64,000 nt of DNA from contig JBBRRY010000001.1 in NCBI GenBank assembly GCA_038245905.1, forward strand, positions 128,001 to 192,000. Reading direction: 5' to 3'. Position numbers and translations under genes: made by a program. The notes under the pieces are model-generated. The model ran no database searches. It had not been told where the DNA came from and saw only the letters and a program-made list of their open reading frames with translations. The DNA is from Thermoanaerobaculia bacterium (GTDB lineage Bacteria; Acidobacteriota; Thermoanaerobaculia; UBA5066). Of the stretch, positions 39,474-49,224 are shown in pieces (positions within the stretch are counted from its first letter, which is position 1; each line of letters opens with the position of its first letter).

Positions 39474-41120
39474 TTGAAGAAGCGCGCGTTCACGAACAAG
39501 CCGATCATCGACGGGCGGGACGTCGACACCGGGAGGATGTTCAAGGCCGTGAACCCGGCGACGGGCGAGCCCTTCGCGGACGTCTTCCGCGCCGGCCCGC
39601 GCGAGATCGACGCCGCCGTCGCCTCGGCCCGCAAGGCGTTCCTCTCGTGGTCGTCGACGCCCGTCGCCGTGCGCCAGCGCCTCCTCGCGCGTCTCCTCGA
39701 GGAGGTCCGAAAGTCGCACGACGACGTCGCCCGGCTCATCGCGACCGAGCAGGGCAAGCCGGTTGGCGAGGCGCGTGCCGTGGACATCGTCCCGGCCGCG
39801 GACACGCTCCGTTACCTCTCGCGGCATGCGGGCAAGATCCTCGCCGAGCGGTCGGTGGACTACGCGCAGATCCTCTTCTCCCACAAGTCGGGTCTGGTCC
39901 GGTTCGAGCCTCTTGGCGTCGTCGCGATCGTCACGCCCTGGAACTTCCCGTTCGGGATCCCGTTCGTCGAGGTCGCGGCCTGCCTCGCGGCCGGAGACAC
40001 GGTCGTCCTCAAGCCCGCCTCGGCGACCGCGCTCACGGGCCTCGCCGTCGGCGACCTTTGCCGGCGCGCAGGGATCCCGCCCGGCGTCGTCAATGTCGTA
40101 ACGGCGAGCGGTGAGGACACCAATCGCCTCGTGGAGCACGCGGGGATTTCGAAGGTCCTCTTCACAGGCGGCGTGGAGACGGGAATCGGCGTCATGCAAC
40201 GCGCCGCGAAGAACCTCACGAGCGTCGTCCTCGAGCTCGGCGGCAAGGACCCTGCCGTCGTCGCGGCGGACGCGGACCTCGACCGCGCGTCTTCGGGCCT
40301 CGTCTGGGGCGCGTTCGTGAACGCGGGGCAGGCCTGCGGGTCCGTCGAGCGCGTCTACGTCGTGAAGGACGTCGCCGAGGAATTCCTCGGGAAGGTCGTC
40401 GCGAAGGCGAAGGCGCTGAGGCTCGGCGACCCGCTCTCGCCGACGACCGACATGGGCCCGCTCACGACGGAGGCTCAGCGCACCCTCGTCGAAGCCCACG
40501 TGGCGGACGCGAGGGCGAAGGGCGCGAAGATCCTGACGGGTGGCCAGCGGCCGCGCGCGAAGGGCTGGTGGTACCCGCCGACCGTCCTGACGGACGTCGA
40601 CCACTCGATGCGCTGCATGCACGAGGAGACGTTCGGCCCCCTCCTGCCGGTCATGGTCGTCGATTCCCTCGACGAGGCGATCCGCCTCGCGAACGAATCG
40701 GAGTTCGGCCTCACCGCGTCCGGCTGGACGCGCTCGCGGCGGACGGCTCGGCGTCTCGCCGAGGACCTCCACGCGGGCACGGTCACGATCAACGACCACC
40801 TGTTTTCGTTCGGCGAGCCCACGGCGACCTGGGGCGGCATCAAGAAGTCGGGTGTCGGGCGCAGCCACGCGGCCTTCGGCCTCCACGAGCTCGTCAACAT
40901 CAAGCACGTGAGCGTGGACATGGGCAAGGCCGCCGCCATGCCGTGGTGGTATCCGTATGACTCGGCTTTCCACACCTTCACGAAGAGGGCGTTCGGGACC
41001 CTCTACTCGAACGACCCCCGGACGAAAGTCCCCGCCGCGCTCGGCCTCCTTGGCAGCGGCCGCTTCTTCGGTTACGTGAAGGTCTCGACGCTCGCATCGC
41101 GGCTCGGGAAAGTGTTCTAG
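39474..41120 (+). CDS. Aldehyde dehydrogenase family protein
   Basis: PWNFP, LKPAS, FTGG, LELGGKDP, NAGQAC, EETFGP. Confidence 0.93.
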   Translation: MKKRAFTNKPIIDGRDVDTGRMFKAVNPATGEPFADVFRAGPREIDAAVASARKAFLSWSSTPVAVRQRLLARLLEEVRKSHDDVARLIATEQGKPVGEARAVDIVPAADTLRYLSRHAGKILAERSVDYAQILFSHKSGLVRFEPLGVVAIVTPWNFPFGIPFVEVAACLAAGDTVVLKPASATALTGLAVGDLCRRAGIPPGVVNVVTASGEDTNRLVEHAGISKVLFTGGVETGIGVMQRAAKNLTSVVLELGGKDPAVVAADADLDRASSGLVWGAFVNAGQACGSVERVYVVKDVAEEFLGKVVAKAKALRLGDPLSPTTDMGPLTTEAQRTLVEAHVADARAKGAKILTGGQRPRAKGWWYPPTVLTDVDHSMRCMHEETFGPLLPVMVVDSLDEAIRLANESEFGLTASGWTRSRRTARRLAEDLHAGTVTINDHLFSFGEPTATWGGIKKSGVGRSHAAFGLHELVNIKHVSVDMGKAAAMPWWYPYDSAFHTFTKRAFGTLYSNDPRTKVPAALGLLGSGRFFGYVKVSTLASRLGKVF

Positions 41121-41129
41121 CCTTCCCTC

Positions 41130-42965
41130 GTGGGCGCGCCTCCGGACCTCTCCCTCTATCCCGACCAACCGGGCATCTACCTCTACAAGGATGCGAAGGG
41201 GAAGATCCTCTATGTCGGGAAGGCGCGGTCGATCCGCAAGAGGCTGGCCTCTTATTTCGGCACGGCGCCGAAGCACCCGAAAACGGAAGCGCTTCTCGCC
41301 GACTTCGTGTCGATCGACACCGTCATCGCGAAGAACGAGAGCGAAGCCCTCGCACTCGAGAACGCCTACATCAAGAAGCACAAGCCGCGGTACAACATCA
41401 TGCTCCGCGACGACAAGACGTATCCGTACATCAAGGTCACGACGGGGGAGGACTGGCCGCGCGCCTTCGTGACCCGGCGCGTCCTCAAGGACGGCCACAG
41501 CTACTTCGGGCCCTTCATTCCCGCACGAACGTGTCGCGGCGCGATGAAGATGGTCCAGCGGATGTTTCAGGTCCGAACCTGCCGCATCGAGATCGACGGC
41601 AGACTCCCGCGCCCCTGCCTCTATTACGACATGCACGCCTGCCTCGGTCCGTGTGTCGCGGGCCTCACGACCAGGGCCGCATACGACGATGCCGTCAGGG
41701 ACGTCGTCCTCTTTCTCTACGGGCGAAACGAGGAGCTGCGCCCGCGCCTCGAGGAGAAGATGCGCGCGGCGGCGGGCGCCGAGAACTTCGAGATGGCGGC
41801 CGCCTATCGCGACTGCCTGCGCACGGTCGAGGAGCTCGCCGAGAAGCAGCGCGTGCAATACGTGTCGGGTGAGGATCTGGACGTGTTCGGTGATTTCTCC
41901 GACGGAGGCAGCGTCGCCGCCTCGGTCCTCTTCGTGCGCGGAGGCGTCGTCCTCGACTCGCGCGAGTACTTCTGGGAGAAGCTCGGCGACGTGCCACCGG
42001 AGGAATTCTGGGTCTCGCTTCTCTCGCAGTTCTACGACGGAACCACGTTCCTGCCGCGCGACGTGCTTCTGCCCGTCGACCTGCCCGACGAGGCGCTCGA
42101 ACCGATCGAGACATGGCTCACGGAGCGGAAAGGATCGCGCGTCACGATCAAGACGCCCCGCCGCGGGGCGGCATTCGAGCGTGTGCAGATCGCCCGCGAC
42201 AACGCGCGCCAGAACCATCTCCGGCGGTTTCGAAGGGCGCTGGAGCAGGGCGAGAAGGCGACGCTCGCGCTCGCCAAGGCGCTCGACCTCGACCGCCGCC
42301 CGTCCCGGATCGAGTGCTTCGACATTTCCCATTTGCAAGGAAACGAGACGTACGCGTCCTGCGTCGTCTTCGTCGACGGAGAGCCCGCGAAGGACGAGTA
42401 CCGCCTCTTCAAGATCGAGAGCCCGGGCATCGACGACTTCGCGTCGATCGCGGAGGCCGTATCGCGCCGCTACACGCGTGCGCGGGACGAAGGCAGGCCT
42501 CTGCCCGACCTGCTCCTGATCGACGGGGGCAAGGGGCAGCTCTCCGCGGCGCTCGCGGCGCTCGACCGCATCGGCATCGGGATGGCGGCAGCCGGGCTCG
42601 CGAAACGCGAAGAGCAGGTCTTCGTGCCCGGCCGTTCGGCCCCGATCGTGCTCGCAAGGACGAACGCGGGCCTCAAGCTCCTCCAGAGAGCGCGCGACGA
42701 AGCGCACCGATTCGGTCTGAAAACGCATCGCCGAGCGCGCGCCAAGCGCGCCCTCGAGAGCCCGCTTCTCGCGATTCCAGGACTCGGGTCCACGCGGGTC
42801 CGGATACTTCTCTCCGCCTTCGGGGGAGCCGAAGCCGTCTTCGCCGCGACGGACGAGGCCCTCGCGGCGGTCGCCGGGAAGTCCGTTGCCGCGACGATCG
42901 CGCGGTTTCGGCAGGGCTCTACCGGCGAAAGATCCACTGTCGCTGCTACACTTTCGAAGGAATGA
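41130..42965 (+). CDS. uvrC: Excinuclease ABC subunit C
   Basis: GIY-YIG (PGIY...YVGKA), DDKTYP, IECFDISH, DGGKGQL, RDEAHRF, C-terminal HhH. Confidence 0.96.
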   Translation: MGAPPDLSLYPDQPGIYLYKDAKGKILYVGKARSIRKRLASYFGTAPKHPKTEALLADFVSIDTVIAKNESEALALENAYIKKHKPRYNIMLRDDKTYPYIKVTTGEDWPRAFVTRRVLKDGHSYFGPFIPARTCRGAMKMVQRMFQVRTCRIEIDGRLPRPCLYYDMHACLGPCVAGLTTRAAYDDAVRDVVLFLYGRNEELRPRLEEKMRAAAGAENFEMAAAYRDCLRTVEELAEKQRVQYVSGEDLDVFGDFSDGGSVAASVLFVRGGVVLDSREYFWEKLGDVPPEEFWVSLLSQFYDGTTFLPRDVLLPVDLPDEALEPIETWLTERKGSRVTIKTPRRGAAFERVQIARDNARQNHLRRFRRALEQGEKATLALAKALDLDRRPSRIECFDISHLQGNETYASCVVFVDGEPAKDEYRLFKIESPGIDDFASIAEAVSRRYTRARDEGRPLPDLLLIDGGKGQLSAALAALDRIGIGMAAAGLAKREEQVFVPGRSAPIVLARTNAGLKLLQRARDEAHRFGLKTHRRARAKRALESPLLAIPGLGSTRVRILLSAFGGAEAVFAATDEALAAVAGKSVAATIARFRQGSTGERSTVAATLSKE

Positions 42966-44476
42966 CTCGCTCCAACAGCGATAGCCGCGTCAAAAAGATG
43001 TTGACCGGCGGATCCATCGAACGGACCCCGTTTGCCGAGGTCGTGCGAAGTCTCTACCGGGAACGCGCGACGGCGAAACTGCTCGTGTCGAACAAGGGCG
43101 AGGAGCGGACGTGTTTCTTCGACAGGGGCCAGATCCTGTTCGCGAGCTCGAACCGTGAGGCCCAGCTCGTGGGTGAGCTGCTGCGGACGTTCGGTCTCGC
43201 GGAAGAGAACCTCCTCCTGTCGGCATTCGAACAGGCGCTCAACGAGCCCGGGCAGGGCCTGGCCCGAGCTCTGACCGAATCGGGCGCGGTGCCCGGATAT
43301 GTCGCGGAGGCCGCGGTTCGGGCTCTCGCCGAGCGCCTGTTTTTCGACACGTTCAAATGGACCACCGGAATCTTCACCGTCACGCCCCTGGACGAAACCC
43401 CGTTCGTCCCGGCGAAGATGGATCGGCCGACAGGCGGCCTCGTCCTCGAAGCGCTCCGCCGTCTCCCGGCCCCCGCCTCACAACTCAATTCACCCCTCGA
43501 TCCGGGCGCCCGGCCGGTCTTCGCGCCGGACATCCTGTTCCGGTATCAGGCCATTCTCGTCTCGGCCGCGGAGGCGGAAGTGCTCGGGAGAGTCGACGGC
43601 GCGACGACCGTGGAGCAGATTCATCGCGACCAGCGGATCGTCGCCCGGCTCGCGGGAACGGGGCTCCTTCAGCTCGTAGCGCAGGGGCGCCCCATCGAGA
43701 AGAGCGGCGTCGCCGAAGGCCTCCTTTTCCTGAACGTCGAGATCTCTGGCGTGCAGCCTCCAGCGCGCGTGGCCGAACAGAACGAGCTCCAGCGCGAGCT
43801 CGTCTGGAATTCCTATCGCCGGCTGGACTGGGCCTCGCACTACGACCTCCTCGGCGTTGAGCCGCAAGCTCCGGTCGAGGTCGTCGCCAAGGCTCTTCAC
43901 GAGCGCGCGCGCATATTCCATCCGGACCACCACATGAAATCGCACCTGACGGACGCGCGCGAAGCGCTCGAGGCGCTCTTCGCCAGCATCCGCAGCGCCG
44001 AGCGCACGTTCCGGACACCAGAGTCGCGCCAGGCGTACGACCGGACCCTCGAGGTGAGCGCCGATACCATCGCGTTGCCCGGAACGGAACCGACTCTCGA
44101 GGTCCAGAAGGAAATCGCCCGCAAGAACTTCGTGCGCGCGAAGATCCTGTACGAGGAAGAGGATTTCTACCCGGCGTACGAAATGGTCCGGCAGGCCGTC
44201 GAGTTCGACCCAGGCCAGAAGGACTACTGGGTGCTCCTCGCGAGAATTCAGCGGAAGAACCCGAAATGGGTCCGGCACGCGACCGAGACGATGCGGCGAG
44301 CCGTCAAGTTCATCCCCGAGAACGTCGAGTTGTGGTGGGAGCTCTCCGAGGCCTGCCTTGGAGAGCGGAACGAACCGGAGCGCGTGAAAGCCTTGAAGGA
44401 AGTCATGCGGCTCGACCCCGGAAACCGGAGGGCGCAGACCGCGCTTGCGGCCATTACGGCGAAGGCGTCCCGGTGA
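42962..44476 (+). CDS. DUF4388-like + J domain + TPR protein
   Basis: N-terminal FFDRGQILFASSN...LVGELL; J domain HYDLLGV...FHPD...RQAYD; C-terminal TPRs. Confidence 0.75.
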   Translation: MTRSNSDSRVKKMLTGGSIERTPFAEVVRSLYRERATAKLLVSNKGEERTCFFDRGQILFASSNREAQLVGELLRTFGLAEENLLLSAFEQALNEPGQGLARALTESGAVPGYVAEAAVRALAERLFFDTFKWTTGIFTVTPLDETPFVPAKMDRPTGGLVLEALRRLPAPASQLNSPLDPGARPVFAPDILFRYQAILVSAAEAEVLGRVDGATTVEQIHRDQRIVARLAGTGLLQLVAQGRPIEKSGVAEGLLFLNVEISGVQPPARVAEQNELQRELVWNSYRRLDWASHYDLLGVEPQAPVEVVAKALHERARIFHPDHHMKSHLTDAREALEALFASIRSAERTFRTPESRQAYDRTLEVSADTIALPGTEPTLEVQKEIARKNFVRAKILYEEEDFYPAYEMVRQAVEFDPGQKDYWVLLARIQRKNPKWVRHATETMRRAVKFIPENVELWWELSEACLGERNEPERVKALKEVMRLDPGNRRAQTALAAITAKASR

Positions 44477-45087
44477 CGGGGGGAATACCCCAGCTCTTCG
44501 GCACCGGTCTCGGACTCTCGACGGCGGCGGGCCTCAACTCCTACGCGGTGCTGCTCGTCTACGGGGCGATGGCGCGGCTTTTTCCGGAGGACTACACGGG
44601 CTCGATTGCGCGACTCCTGGCCTCGACGCCGGCCCTCACCGTCGCGGCCGTGCTCTTTCTGCTGGAGTTCTTCGCCGACAAGATCCCCGGGCTCGATCAC
44701 TTCTGGCACTTGCTACATTCGTTCATCCGGCCCGTCGTCGGCGCGGTCGTCGCGATCGCCTGCGTCCAGCCCGAAGGGTCGGCTCTCCTCGACGTCGTCG
44801 CCGGAGGGTCCGGCGGGACGGTCGCCCTCGTCTCCCACCTCGTGAAAAGCGCCACGCGGCTTACGTCGACGGCCCTCACGGCGGGCGTCGCGAACGCGGC
44901 GCTGTCCCTCGCGGAGGATATCGTCGCGTTCCTCCAGAGCCTTGTCTCGATTTTTCTTCCACTCGTCGCGCTCGTCGTCGTGATCGCGATCGGGCTCATC
45001 TTCGTCTTTACGATTCCGCGAATGGCGCGCTTCCACGACCTCTTCGGGAGGCGCCGCCCGGGACGCGAGGCGCCCCCGCCCTCCTGA
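44473..45087 (+). CDS. DUF4126 family membrane protein
   Basis: GLSTAAGLNSY, EFFADKIPGLD, IRPVVGA, LSLAED. Confidence 0.85.
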   Translation: MTGGIPQLFGTGLGLSTAAGLNSYAVLLVYGAMARLFPEDYTGSIARLLASTPALTVAAVLFLLEFFADKIPGLDHFWHLLHSFIRPVVGAVVAIACVQPEGSALLDVVAGGSGGTVALVSHLVKSATRLTSTALTAGVANAALSLAEDIVAFLQSLVSIFLPLVALVVVIAIGLIFVFTIPRMARFHDLFGRRRPGREAPPPS

Positions 45088-45114
45088 CCTGTCAGGATTG
45101 GCATCTTCCGTGCA
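45082..45114 (+). promoter_or_regulatory. Putative sigma-54 promoter with adjacent palindrome
   Basis: TGGCAT-CTTCC-GTGCA (GG 45100-01, GC 45112-13, GG-N10-GC) preceded by TCCTGAC-CT-GTCAGGA (45082-45097). Confidence 0.55.
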
Positions 45115-45137
45115 CTTCTTTCCGTCGGAGGCCCCCG

Positions 45138-48100
45138 ATGACGCTGCGCCTGAACCTCCTCCTCGCTGCCGCGGTCGCGGCCCGTCTCCTCGCACATGCA
45201 TCCACGGCTCTGGCCGCCGACGCCGTGATGGGGCCCGATGAGCCGCTGCGCGACGTGGCGCCGGTGCCGCACGTGGCGATCGGGGCGTGGGACATCGCCC
45301 GTCTCGACGGAGATCTGCGCGTCTCGCGCGCCATCCTCGTCCTCCCGCTGCGCGATCGCGATGGCCTCGCGCGCCTCCTCGCGGCGCAACAGGACCCCTC
45401 CTCCTCAGAATTCAGGCGCTGGCTCTCACCCGACGAGTTCGGAAGCCGTTTCGGCGCTCCGGAGGCCGACGTCGCGGCACTGCGCGCGCACCTCGAGGCG
45501 CACGGGCTCGAGGTGGAGGACCCACCGGGGGGCCGGACGGCGCTCGCCTTCTCGGGCCGCGCGGCGGACGTCGAGCGCGCCTTCGACACGGAGTTGCACG
45601 AGGTTTGGGTGAACGGCGTCGTGGGAGTGGCGAACGTGCGTCCCGCGCGGCTGCCCGGGAGCCTGGCCCGCCGGACGGCCGGCCTCCTCTCGCTGAACAG
45701 CCTCGAGCACCGGCGCTCGCTCAGCCGCCGCGCTCCGGAGTTCACGTTCCAGGGTTCGCACTTTCTCGCGCCCGCCGACGTCTCGACCCTCTACGGGATC
45801 GACGCCCTCGCCGCCGCCGGGCTCACGGGTTCGGGCCGAAAGATCGCCATCCCGGCTCAGTCGAATATCGTGCTCGACGACACGCGGTTCTTCCGCCAGT
45901 ACTTCGGCCTGCCCGTGAACGACCCGCAGGTGATCCTGAACGGGCCGGACCCGGGCATCGTGTCGTCGGGAAGCTACGACGACGAGGCCACCCTCGACGT
46001 CCAGTGGTCCGGAGGTGTCGCGCCGGGGGCTCAGATCCTCCTCGTTGTGACCAAATTCGACGACGTTACAGGCGGGGGAGTGGACGCCTCGGCGCTCTAC
46101 GCCGTGAGCAACAACCTCGCGGACATCCTGTCCCTGTCCTACGGATATTGCGAGGCGTTCCTCACCGATGCCGACATCGAATTCTACGCCAACATGTGGG
46201 CGCAGGCGGCGGTGCAGGGAATAACCGTCCTCGTCTCCTCCGGGGACTCGGGGGTAGCCGGGTGCAAGGGCCTCGGCGCGGGAGGCGCCTCGATCGCCTC
46301 CGTGAACGGGCTGGGCTCGTCGCCCTACGCGACTACAGTCGGCGGGACGCAGTTTCTGGACTCGCCCTCCTCGGCATACTGGAATTCGACGAACGACGCC
46401 GTGACGAAAAAGTCCGCCAAGGAGATGATTCCAGAGGCGACGTGGAACGAGTCGTCGAGCGGCGCGTCTGGAGGCGGAGTCAGCACGGTTTTCACCCGCC
46501 CACCCTGGCAGGCGGTGGCCGGCATCCCCGCCGGGTCCATGCGCGCAGTCCCGGACGTTTCCCTCGCGGCGTCGACCAAGAATGCGTACGCTGTGATCAA
46601 GGGCCACACCTCGACGGCGACCGGCCTTGCGTTCTTCGGCGGGACGTCGGTTGCCTCGCCGTCCTTCGCGGGCATCGCAGCGCTCGTCGGGCAGCGCGCG
46701 GGCTCGCGCCTCGGCAACCTGAACCCGCTCCTCTACGCGCTCGGGGCGGCGCAGTACGGCACGTCCGGTGCGGCGTCGGCAGGCGCCGGTCCGTTCCGCG
46801 ACGTCACGACCGGCTCGAACACTGTGCCCGGCGTGACGGGCTACGCCGCGGGTCCCGGCTACGACGCCGCGACCGGCCTCGGGTCAGTCGACGCCTCGGC
46901 CCTGTCGGCGTCGCTTCCGTCGCCTTCCGTCGCCGGCGTGGACCTCGCACTCCTCGCGTCGCCCGCCGTCGTGTCCGTTGCGCCCGGCGGAAGCGTCGCG
47001 GTGTCCTTCGCGCTCACCCAGTCCGCCACCGCAGCCGACGCGGTCGCGACGCTCGCCTTGTCGGGGCTGCCCGGCGGGCTCACGGCGTCTTTCGGTCCTT
47101 CGAAAGTGGACGACGCGACGACCGGCATCGTCTCCCGTGCGGCAAACACCTTCCTGACGCTGACCGCCGCGGCATCCGCTGCGCCCGGCACGTACCGCAT
47201 CGACGCGACCGCGACGTCAGGTGGAGTCTCGCGTCGCGTCGCGCTCTTCGTCACGGTGGGCTCGGTCGCGGCCGCTCCGCCCTCGGGCCCGGGCGTCCAG
47301 GCCCCCGTCGTCCTCGACGTCTTCGGAGCAGGTGGTTCGCACTACACGTCCGACCTGGTCGCCGTGAACCGCGGAGCCGCCGACGTGACACTTCTCCTCC
47401 GCTTCGCTCAGACGCCGGCTCCATCGTCGCCCGGGCCTGTGATCGCCCGCTCTCTCGGCGCGGGCAGGCAGTTCGCCGTCACCGATGTCGTCGCGTTCCT
47501 CGGGGCGAACGGTTACGCGCTTCCGTCGGATGCGTCCTCAAAGCTGGGGACGCTTTTCGCGACGTTCGTCGGAGCAACCGATCCATTGACCATTTACGTC
47601 GGGTCGCGGACCTCCACGCCGAATCCGAACGCGGGCGTCGGAGGCTCCTTCGGCACGTTCTCGGCTGCGGTCACGGTCGGCGCCGCCTCCTCGAGCGACG
47701 CGTGGATTTACGGCCTCCGGGAGAACACGGGCTACCGCTCGAATCTCGCCCTCGTTCACGCGCCCGGTGCTGCGACCGGCGCGACCTCGGGTCCGGTCGA
47801 GGTCGAGGTCCAGCTCTACGACGGCGACAGCGGCGGGCAGGCGGGGGCGCCCCTCAAGCACACGCTCCAGCCGGGGGAGTTCTTCCAGTACGACCGGATC
47901 CTCGACAACACGTCCACGGGCGTCACGAACGGATACGCCCGCGTGCGCCTGACGTCCGGGATTGATCGCTTCATCGCTTACGGGATCGTGAATGACGGTC
48001 CGAGCACGGGCGGCGGGACGTCGGACGGGAGCTTCCTCTCCGCGAACGCGACGGAGGGCCTGGTTCCGATCATCCTCGACGTGCCGGGGCCTCCGCACTT

Positions 48101-48779
48101 CACGACGGACCTGACCCTGACGAACGCAACATCGAGTCCCGTCACCGCGACGCTCACATACACGGCGGCCACGGTGTTCAACTCGAACGGCGAGGGCAGC
48201 GGAACGAAGTCGATAACGCTCGGCAAGCTGGAGCAGCTCGTCGTGCCGAACGCGATCGACTACCTGCGTTCGCTCCTACTCCCGATCCCAGTCGGCGGAA
48301 ACCAGGGTGGCACGCTGCTCGTCACGGGCGCCGTGGCCCAGGCGCGCACGTCGAACCCGAATCCCGACGCGAGCGTCGGCGGCACCTACGGCCTCTCCTA
48401 CCCGGCGGTCGCTTCCCCGGCACGCGCGCGGAGCGAGGCCTGGGTCTACGGCCTTCGCCAGGACGCGAACGTGAGGAGCAATCTCGCGATCGCCGACGCG
48501 CGCATCGGCGGAGGGTCCGTGGACTACGTCCTCGACGTCTTCGACGCCGACACGGGCTCCCCGACGCCCGTCCAGACGCAGACGATTTCGCTGGGCGGCG
48601 GCCAGTGGAATCAGGTGAACGGCATCCTGGCCGGGGCGGGGATCGCGCACGGCTACGTGCGCGTGAGGCCCGCGTCCGGAACGTCGGACTTCGTGGCGTA
48701 CGGCGTCGTCAACGACGGACCCACGGCGGGTTCGCGCACGTCGGACGGCTCGTACATCCCGATGGTCGTCATCAACTGA
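45138..48779 (+). CDS. S53 (sedolisin/kumamolisin) peptidase with propeptide and duplicated C-terminal domain
   Basis: Signal peptide, pro-kumamolisin region (WLSPDEFGSRFG), EATLDVQ, SSGDSG, GGTSVASP, GYDAATGLGS; two ~240-aa repeats at the C-terminus. Confidence 0.9.
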   Translation: MTLRLNLLLAAAVAARLLAHASTALAADAVMGPDEPLRDVAPVPHVAIGAWDIARLDGDLRVSRAILVLPLRDRDGLARLLAAQQDPSSSEFRRWLSPDEFGSRFGAPEADVAALRAHLEAHGLEVEDPPGGRTALAFSGRAADVERAFDTELHEVWVNGVVGVANVRPARLPGSLARRTAGLLSLNSLEHRRSLSRRAPEFTFQGSHFLAPADVSTLYGIDALAAAGLTGSGRKIAIPAQSNIVLDDTRFFRQYFGLPVNDPQVILNGPDPGIVSSGSYDDEATLDVQWSGGVAPGAQILLVVTKFDDVTGGGVDASALYAVSNNLADILSLSYGYCEAFLTDADIEFYANMWAQAAVQGITVLVSSGDSGVAGCKGLGAGGASIASVNGLGSSPYATTVGGTQFLDSPSSAYWNSTNDAVTKKSAKEMIPEATWNESSSGASGGGVSTVFTRPPWQAVAGIPAGSMRAVPDVSLAASTKNAYAVIKGHTSTATGLAFFGGTSVASPSFAGIAALVGQRAGSRLGNLNPLLYALGAAQYGTSGAASAGAGPFRDVTTGSNTVPGVTGYAAGPGYDAATGLGSVDASALSASLPSPSVAGVDLALLASPAVVSVAPGGSVAVSFALTQSATAADAVATLALSGLPGGLTASFGPSKVDDATTGIVSRAANTFLTLTAAASAAPGTYRIDATATSGGVSRRVALFVTVGSVAAAPPSGPGVQAPVVLDVFGAGGSHYTSDLVAVNRGAADVTLLLRFAQTPAPSSPGPVIARSLGAGRQFAVTDVVAFLGANGYALPSDASSKLGTLFATFVGATDPLTIYVGSRTSTPNPNAGVGGSFGTFSAAVTVGAASSSDAWIYGLRENTGYRSNLALVHAPGAATGATSGPVEVEVQLYDGDSGGQAGAPLKHTLQPGEFFQYDRILDNTSTGVTNGYARVRLTSGIDRFIAYGIVNDGPSTGGGTSDGSFLSANATEGLVPIILDVPGPPHFTTDLTLTNATSSPVTATLTYTAATVFNSNGEGSGTKSITLGKLEQLVVPNAIDYLRSLLLPIPVGGNQGGTLLVTGAVAQARTSNPNPDASVGGTYGLSYPAVASPARARSEAWVYGLRQDANVRSNLAIADARIGGGSVDYVLDVFDADTGSPTPVQTQTISLGGGQWNQVNGILAGAGIAHGYVRVRPASGTSDFVAYGVVNDGPTAGSRTSDGSYIPMVVIN

Positions 48780-48791
48780 TATCCTCGGGCC

Positions 48792-49193
48792 GACTCGGGC
48801 CGGACAGGCGGTCGCCGCTCTCGACGCTTCGGCGGAAGGAGGGGAGGAAAGTCCGGACTCCCGCGGGCAGCGTGCCGGAGAAATTCCGGTCGGGGTAACC
48901 CGAAGGAAAGTGGCACAGAGAACATACCGCCGACGCGCCGCAAGGCGCAGGTAAGGGTGAAAAGGTGCGGTAAGAGCGCACCGCGGTTCCGGCAACGGGA
49001 CTGGCAGGCGAAACCCCACGCGGAGCAAGGCCAAATAGGGTGATGGAAGGGGCGCCCGCCCTCGCGGCTTCGGCCGACGTCACCGGGTAGGTCGCTCGAG
49101 CCCGTCCGAAAGGCCGGGCCTGGAGGAATGACCGCCGGCCGGAAGGCGCGAGCCGACCGGTTACAGAATCCGGCTTATCGTCCGGCCCGAGTC
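48792..49193 (+). ncRNA. rnpB: RNase P RNA, class A
   Basis: P1 helix GACTCGGGCCGGAC / GTCCGGCCCGAGTC; GAGGAAAGTCCGGACT, GGTGCGGTAAGAGCGCACC, GAGCAAGGCCAAATAG, ACAGAATCCGGCTTA. Confidence 0.97.
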
Positions 49194-49224
49194 ATTTTTC
49201 CTCTCAAGCTGCGAGAATTCCCCC

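Noticed and set aside
39441-42728. 1095-aa minus-strand ORF and similar long ORFs (29276-31243, 35794-37632, 45287-47965, 54863-56533, 59188-61029)
   Set aside because: Shadow or off-frame ORFs over well-supported genes; Arg/Ala/Pro-rich with no motifs, as expected in high-GC DNA.
44445-45137. Apparent 1444-aa fusion extending the S53 peptidase upstream
   Set aside because: The extension overlaps DUF4126 in another frame; the SD and signal peptide point to ATG 45138. The same applies to the ORF-track extensions of ileS, rluD, lgt and the J-domain gene.
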